DNA of 64,000 bases from an uncultured Bartonella sp. (GTDB taxonomy: Bacteria; Pseudomonadota; Alphaproteobacteria; Rhizobiales; Rhizobiaceae). Where the stretch lies: NCBI GenBank assembly GCA_946478665.1, contig CAMLCZ010000005.1:74281-138280 (forward strand), given 5' to 3'. The notes under the pieces are model-generated. The model was not told where the DNA came from, did not search any database, and saw only the letters and a program-made list of their open reading frames with translations. The position numbers and the translations under genes were made by a program. Positions 59,922 through 64,000 of the stretch are shown here, piece after piece; within the stretch, counting starts at the first letter, position 1, and each line of letters opens with the position of its first letter.

Positions 59922-60836
59922 ATGGCGACCAAGTTAACGTCACTATGCCGATTATTCGGCACAATTTTAACCGCAATCCTTATTGCGGCATCTGTAGCAA
60001 AAGCTGATGAGCCTGCAAAGCAAGCTTTTGGTGGCGTTAAATTACCTTCAGCCGGTTCTGCACAATCTATCGGATTTTATTCCAAAGGTTGTTTGGCTGG
60101 CGCAAAACAGATACCCATTGACGGTCCTAATTGGCAAGTCATGCGACTTTCGCGTAACCGCAATTGGGGACACCCTGCGACCATACGGTTTATTGAACAG
60201 CTGTCCCGAGATGCAGCCAAAGATGGTTGGTCTGGATTGTTGATTGGCGACATCTCGCAACCTCGCGGTGGCCCCATGCTCAATGGCCATGCATCGCACC
60301 AGATTGGGCTTGATGCGGATATCTGGTTAACACCAATGCCAAACCACCGTATGACACGCGAAGAACGGGAAACAATGCAAGGTGTTTCCATGCTAAAGCC
60401 GGACTCGCTTTATGCCGACCCGAAAAAATGGACGCCTGAAAGAACAGCCCTTATTCGCGATGCCGCAATTAATCCACAAGTTGAACGGATATTTGTTCAC
60501 CCTGGCATAAAAAAACAACTCTGCGATACTGTAAAAGGTGACAGAAGTTGGCTTGCAAAAGTTCGTCCCTATTGGGGACATTTTTGGCATTTTCACGTGC
60601 GCCTAAAATGTCAAGCAGGCTCAGAAAACTGTAAACCGCAACAACCGATCGGAACTGGCGATGGTTGTGACAAATCACTGGCATGGTGGTTTACGGATGA
60701 ACCATGGGCACCTAAAAAACCCAAAAAGACACCACCAAAACCGACGACACCAGCAAAGCCACGGGTAATGATGGTATCAGACTTGCCGCAAGCCTGTGCA
60801 GCGGTACTTTCTGCACCTGAGCAACAACAACAATAA
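59922..60836 (+). CDS. mepA: Penicillin-insensitive murein endopeptidase (peptidase M74)
   Basis: Signal peptide, the HASHQIGLDADIWL motif and a later HFHVRL Zn-ligand motif. Confidence 0.85.
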   Translation: MATKLTSLCRLFGTILTAILIAASVAKADEPAKQAFGGVKLPSAGSAQSIGFYSKGCLAGAKQIPIDGPNWQVMRLSRNRNWGHPATIRFIEQLSRDAAKDGWSGLLIGDISQPRGGPMLNGHASHQIGLDADIWLTPMPNHRMTREERETMQGVSMLKPDSLYADPKKWTPERTALIRDAAINPQVERIFVHPGIKKQLCDTVKGDRSWLAKVRPYWGHFWHFHVRLKCQAGSENCKPQQPIGTGDGCDKSLAWWFTDEPWAPKKPKKTPPKPTTPAKPRVMMVSDLPQACAAVLSAPEQQQQ

Positions 60837-60851
60837 TTTTATGGGTAAAAT

Positions 60852-61841
60852 ATGCCGACATCACTTATGGAATATCCAATTCTAATTGGTGATGTTGGCG
60901 GAACAAATGTTCGGTTTTCTACTCTTCACCAACCGAACCAAGCCTCTTTGCCCGTGATATTGAAAGTTGAGGATTTCCAGACTCTCGACGAAGCTATTTT
61001 TGAATATCTTGCAATATCTGGAGCTATAAACTTAAAATCGATCTTCTTGGCAATTGCTGGTCCTGTAACTAAGGGCAGCATGAAGCTTACCAATTCCAAT
61101 TGGGTTTTAACGCCTGAACAGCTTACAAAAACATTTAATGTTGCCAATGTCCATATTATTAATGATTTTGAAGCTCAAGCTTTGGCCGCGGCAACCTTAC
61201 CAGAAAAATATCTGCATAAAATCGGCACAATGACACCCTGTTCGCAAGGCAACAGAGTTGTGGTGGGAGCTGGCACGGGCTTAGGGGTTTCTGGACTTTT
61301 ACATATCAATAATCAATATATCCCCATTGCTGGCGAAGGTGGTCACATTGATTATGCGCCACAAAACCCCACTGATTTAGCAATTTTGCCTTATCTTAAA
61401 AGTTTATCAGGCCGAATTAGCGCAGAAGATTTGTTAAGTGGCAGCGGTCTGGTCAATATTTACCGCGCAATTTGTTTGTCACGCAATTTGAAGCCCGTTT
61501 TCAACAAACCAGAAGATTTAACGAATTCACTTGGTGCAGAATGCGATGCCGAAATCCATGACACAATTCAGTTTTTTCTAGATTATTTGGCTCGTTTTGC
61601 CGGTGATATGGCACTTATATATAATGCGTCCGGAGGCGTTTATATTGGTGGTGGGATTGCGCCAAAACTCATGCCCTATATTGACACAAAAAGGTTCCGT
61701 GCACATTTCGAAAATAAGGCACCGCATTGCCAATTGATGCAAAATATAGCCACCATTGTCATGCTGCATCCCAATAGTGCCTTATTCGGCATGGAAAACT
61801 ATGTATATAATCAGAGACAATTTCTCACTCGTTCGCCATAA
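60852..61841 (+). CDS. glk: Glucokinase
   Basis: ILIGDVGGTNVRFS ATP-binding motif, NDFEAQA and GEGGH motifs. 329 aa. Confidence 0.9.
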   Translation: MPTSLMEYPILIGDVGGTNVRFSTLHQPNQASLPVILKVEDFQTLDEAIFEYLAISGAINLKSIFLAIAGPVTKGSMKLTNSNWVLTPEQLTKTFNVANVHIINDFEAQALAAATLPEKYLHKIGTMTPCSQGNRVVVGAGTGLGVSGLLHINNQYIPIAGEGGHIDYAPQNPTDLAILPYLKSLSGRISAEDLLSGSGLVNIYRAICLSRNLKPVFNKPEDLTNSLGAECDAEIHDTIQFFLDYLARFAGDMALIYNASGGVYIGGGIAPKLMPYIDTKRFRAHFENKAPHCQLMQNIATIVMLHPNSALFGMENYVYNQRQFLTRSP

Positions 61842-61956
61842 AGGTTTGTTGGTCGATAATATTCAGACCATTTCTTTTGGATTTCCTGACTTTTATTAGA
61901 TAAAATGCAAATTGAATGTTACATGTTGAATTGTCATTTTTAGGTAAGGGAAAAAT

Positions 61957-62763
61957 ATGCGGCTAGCTGTTGTAGGTGCAAATGGAAAAATGGGACGCGA
62001 GCTAATCGCGGCTATTCAACATATAGATGGTGTTGAGCTGTCGGCTGCTATTGTGCGTGCCGGTTCACCATTGGTAGGACAAGATGCACATTCGCTTATC
62101 AACGGCAAACCTTGTGGCGTTGTTATTTCTGATGATCCCCTACCCGCATTTGCGATGGTTGATGGCGTTATTGATTTTACCCTGCCTGAAGCAAGCGTGA
62201 CTTATGCTGGCTATGCTGCACAAGCACGTATCGTGCATATTATTGGCACAACGGGCTTCACTCCCGAACAGGAAGAAAAAATTAAAGCAGCATCAGCGCA
62301 CGCTACCATTGTTAAATCTGGCAATATGAGCCTTGGGGTAAATTTATTGGCTGGGTTGGTTCAAAAAGCGGCAAAGGCACTCGATGCTGCGCAATATGAT
62401 ATTGAAATCTCCGAAATGCACCATAGAAGAAAGGTTGATGCCCCTTCAGGCACTGCATTATTGTTGGGTAAAGCAGCTGCTGATGGACGCAATGTCAACT
62501 TGGAAGATGTGAGCATACGCGGACGTGATGGTCATACTGGTGCGCGGAAAACAGGCACGATTGGCTTTTCTTCTTTGCGCGGTGGTACTGTTGTTGGGGA
62601 TCATTCGGTTATTTTTGCCGGCGATAATGAAAGAGTTGTTTTATCGCACTTTGCACAAGAACGTTCTATTTTTGCAGATGGTGCTGTGAAGGCGGCACTG
62701 TGGGCAGAAAACCAGAAACCCGGCCTTTATACGATGCTCGATGTTTTAGGTCTCAACAACTAA
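61957..62763 (+). CDS. dapB: 4-hydroxy-tetrahydrodipicolinate reductase
   Basis: [15 protein letters not shown], plus the [16 protein letters not shown] signature. Confidence 0.95.
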   Translation: MRLAVVGANGKMGRELIAAIQHIDGVELSAAIVRAGSPLVGQDAHSLINGKPCGVVISDDPLPAFAMVDGVIDFTLPEASVTYAGYAAQARIVHIIGTTGFTPEQEEKIKAASAHATIVKSGNMSLGVNLLAGLVQKAAKALDAAQYDIEISEMHHRRKVDAPSGTALLLGKAAADGRNVNLEDVSIRGRDGHTGARKTGTIGFSSLRGGTVVGDHSVIFAGDNERVVLSHFAQERSIFADGAVKAALWAENQKPGLYTMLDVLGLNN

Positions 62764-62799
62764 CTAGATTCAAACTTTAATACTGATGAGGAGAAGTAA

Positions 62800-63414
62800 A
62801 TGTCACGAACACTAGTCTTGGTACGACACGGTCAGAGTGAGTGGAACCTCAAAAACCTTTTTACAGGCTGGAAAAATCCGGACTTGTCGGAAAAAGGTCA
62901 TGAAGAGGCCATTGCCGCCGGTAAAAAGCTTAAAGAAACCGGCCTAAAATTTGATATTGCTTACACATCAGCATTGAAACGCGCTCAAATCACTTGCCAA
63001 CACATCTTGGATGAAATGGGCGAACCTAATTTGGAAACGATCAAGAATGAAGCACTCAATGAGCGCGATTATGGCGATCTTTCCGGTTTAAATAAAGACG
63101 ATGCCCGTCAAAAATGGGGTGAAGAACAAGTTCATATCTGGCGTCGGTCATATGACGTTCCACCACCAGGAGGCGAAAGCTTGCGCGATACGGGGGCAAG
63201 AGTTTGGCCATATTATATGTATAATATCCAACCGCATGTTTTGCGTGGCGAAACTGTTTTAGTGGCTGCCCATGGAAACTCTCTACGCGCTTTAATCATG
63301 GCTTTAGAGGGCTTAAGCGGCGAAGAAATTGTAAAACAAGAACTTGCGACAGGCGTGCCGATTATCTACGAACTCAACGCCGATTCAACGATCGCTTCCA
63401 AAAAAGTTCTTTAA
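62800..63414 (+). CDS. gpmA: 2,3-bisphosphoglycerate-dependent phosphoglycerate mutase
   Basis: [18 protein letters not shown] catalytic His motif and a later [10 protein letters not shown]. Confidence 0.95.
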   Translation: MSRTLVLVRHGQSEWNLKNLFTGWKNPDLSEKGHEEAIAAGKKLKETGLKFDIAYTSALKRAQITCQHILDEMGEPNLETIKNEALNERDYGDLSGLNKDDARQKWGEEQVHIWRRSYDVPPPGGESLRDTGARVWPYYMYNIQPHVLRGETVLVAAHGNSLRALIMALEGLSGEEIVKQELATGVPIIYELNADSTIASKKVL

Positions 63415-63424
63415 ATTTTTTAGC

Positions 63425-63454
63425 AAACGCCAATGTTGAAAAACATTGGCGTTT
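63425..63454 (+). terminator. Hairpin after gpmA (13-bp perfect stem)
   Basis: aaacgccaatgtt-gaaa-aacattggcgttt. Only a short T tract follows. Confidence 0.5.
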
Positions 63455-63523
63455 ACATGTTGTTGCCACAATTTTATAAATTCAGTTGACAGTTTCGCTC
63501 TGTCAGCTTAAGTGAAATCCGTT

Positions 63524-63608
63524 GCCCAAATGGCGGAATTGGTAGACGCGCAGGTTTCAGGTATCTGTGCCGCAAGGCGTGGAGGTTCGAGTCCTCTTTT
63601 GGGCACCA
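63524..63608 (+). tRNA. tRNA-Leu (anticodon CAG), type II, encoded CCA
   Basis: Hand-folded. Acceptor GCCCAAA/TTTGGGC, anticodon arm CAGGT-TTCAGGT-ATCTG, long variable arm, T-loop TTCGAGT. A TTGACA lies 33-38 nt upstream. Confidence 0.9.
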
Positions 63609-63920
63609 ATATCATACAATTAACATATTGATTTTATTGGTTTTTTACTTTTAAAAAAAACTGGTTTATTGACTTTTCCCCGAAAATTGTCACACAAAAT
63701 GAGACACCAATTGCCACACATGATAACTTTGGCAACGACAAACACACCCTTGTATAAATATCTTCAATCAAAATAAGACATATATTTAAGCATAGACATC
63801 AATGATGTTGCATATCAAGGTCAATTGCTTAGGTGATAATAATTTACTTATCTATAAATTTTACACAAAAAATATTTAAATTATTAATTGTAAAAATACA
63901 AAAAAAATATTTATTACAAA

Positions 63921-63951
63921 CAATATAACTAATTATAAATTAGTTATATTG
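63921..63951. repeat. 31-bp palindrome (13-bp perfect arms) in an AT-rich region downstream of tRNA-Leu
   Basis: caatataactaat-tataa-attagttatattg. A second small palindrome, atcaaat-c-atttgat, follows about 10 bp later. Confidence 0.8.
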
Positions 63952-64000
63952 GATAATTCATCAAATCATTTGATATACAACTTACTAATTTTATTGTTTT

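Noticed and set aside
1-64000. Canonical mobile elements, prophage, CRISPR-Cas, restriction-modification, toxin-antitoxin or known multi-gene defence systems
   Set aside because: No product in the six-frame track resembles an integrase, transposase, phage structural protein, Cas protein, methyltransferase/nuclease pair or known defence protein.

Overview
This looks like a chromosomal segment of a low-GC (about 40% by eye) alphaproteobacterium. The L27/L21/L34 sequences and local gene order (rplU-rpmA-GNAT; rpmH-rnpA-yidC-engB; rsmI-yraN; queG; dapB-gpmA) look Rhizobiales/Bartonellaceae-like, but that is inference with no database search.

Layout:
- 1-4.5 kb: MATE and MFS efflux genes, GNAT, rpmA, rplU, tRNA-Ser(CGA).
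- 4.5-33.3 kb: accessory functions only. An LLM flavin oxidoreductase, two TonB-dependent receptor/ABC iron-chelate uptake loci (one with a secreted IroE-like esterase), a complete fructose PTS operon (fruB-fruK-fruA) with a divergent LacI-type repressor and two perfect palindromic operators, dehydrogenase/cupin genes, a Na+/H+ antiporter, a Tat-signal esterase, then tRNA-Pro(CGG).
- 33.4-39.9 kb: a ManC-type guanylyltransferase fused to an AGE-superfamily domain, a small secreted Pro/Arg/His/Tyr-rich protein, a telA + multi-TM partner gene pair, and repeat-rich non-coding DNA.
- 39.8-63.6 kb: mostly housekeeping genes (metH, yraN, rsmI, CoA-transferase, pyrF, apbC, rpmH-rnpA-yidC-engB, queG, mepA, glk, dapB, gpmA, tRNA-Leu(CAG)).

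I recognised no integrase, transposase, CRISPR array, prophage or canonical defence system.

The most unusual items:
1. The telA/multi-TM partner module with the neighbouring proline-rich secreted protein.
2. The ManC-AGE fusion.
3. Two tandem duplications, both anchored on the 3' ends of minus-strand genes (368 bp and about 206 bp).
4. Intergenic tandem repeats with periods of 6, 16, 24 and 33 bp.

All functional calls rest on my own recognition of sequence motifs and family signatures. No BLAST, HMM or Infernal searches were possible.
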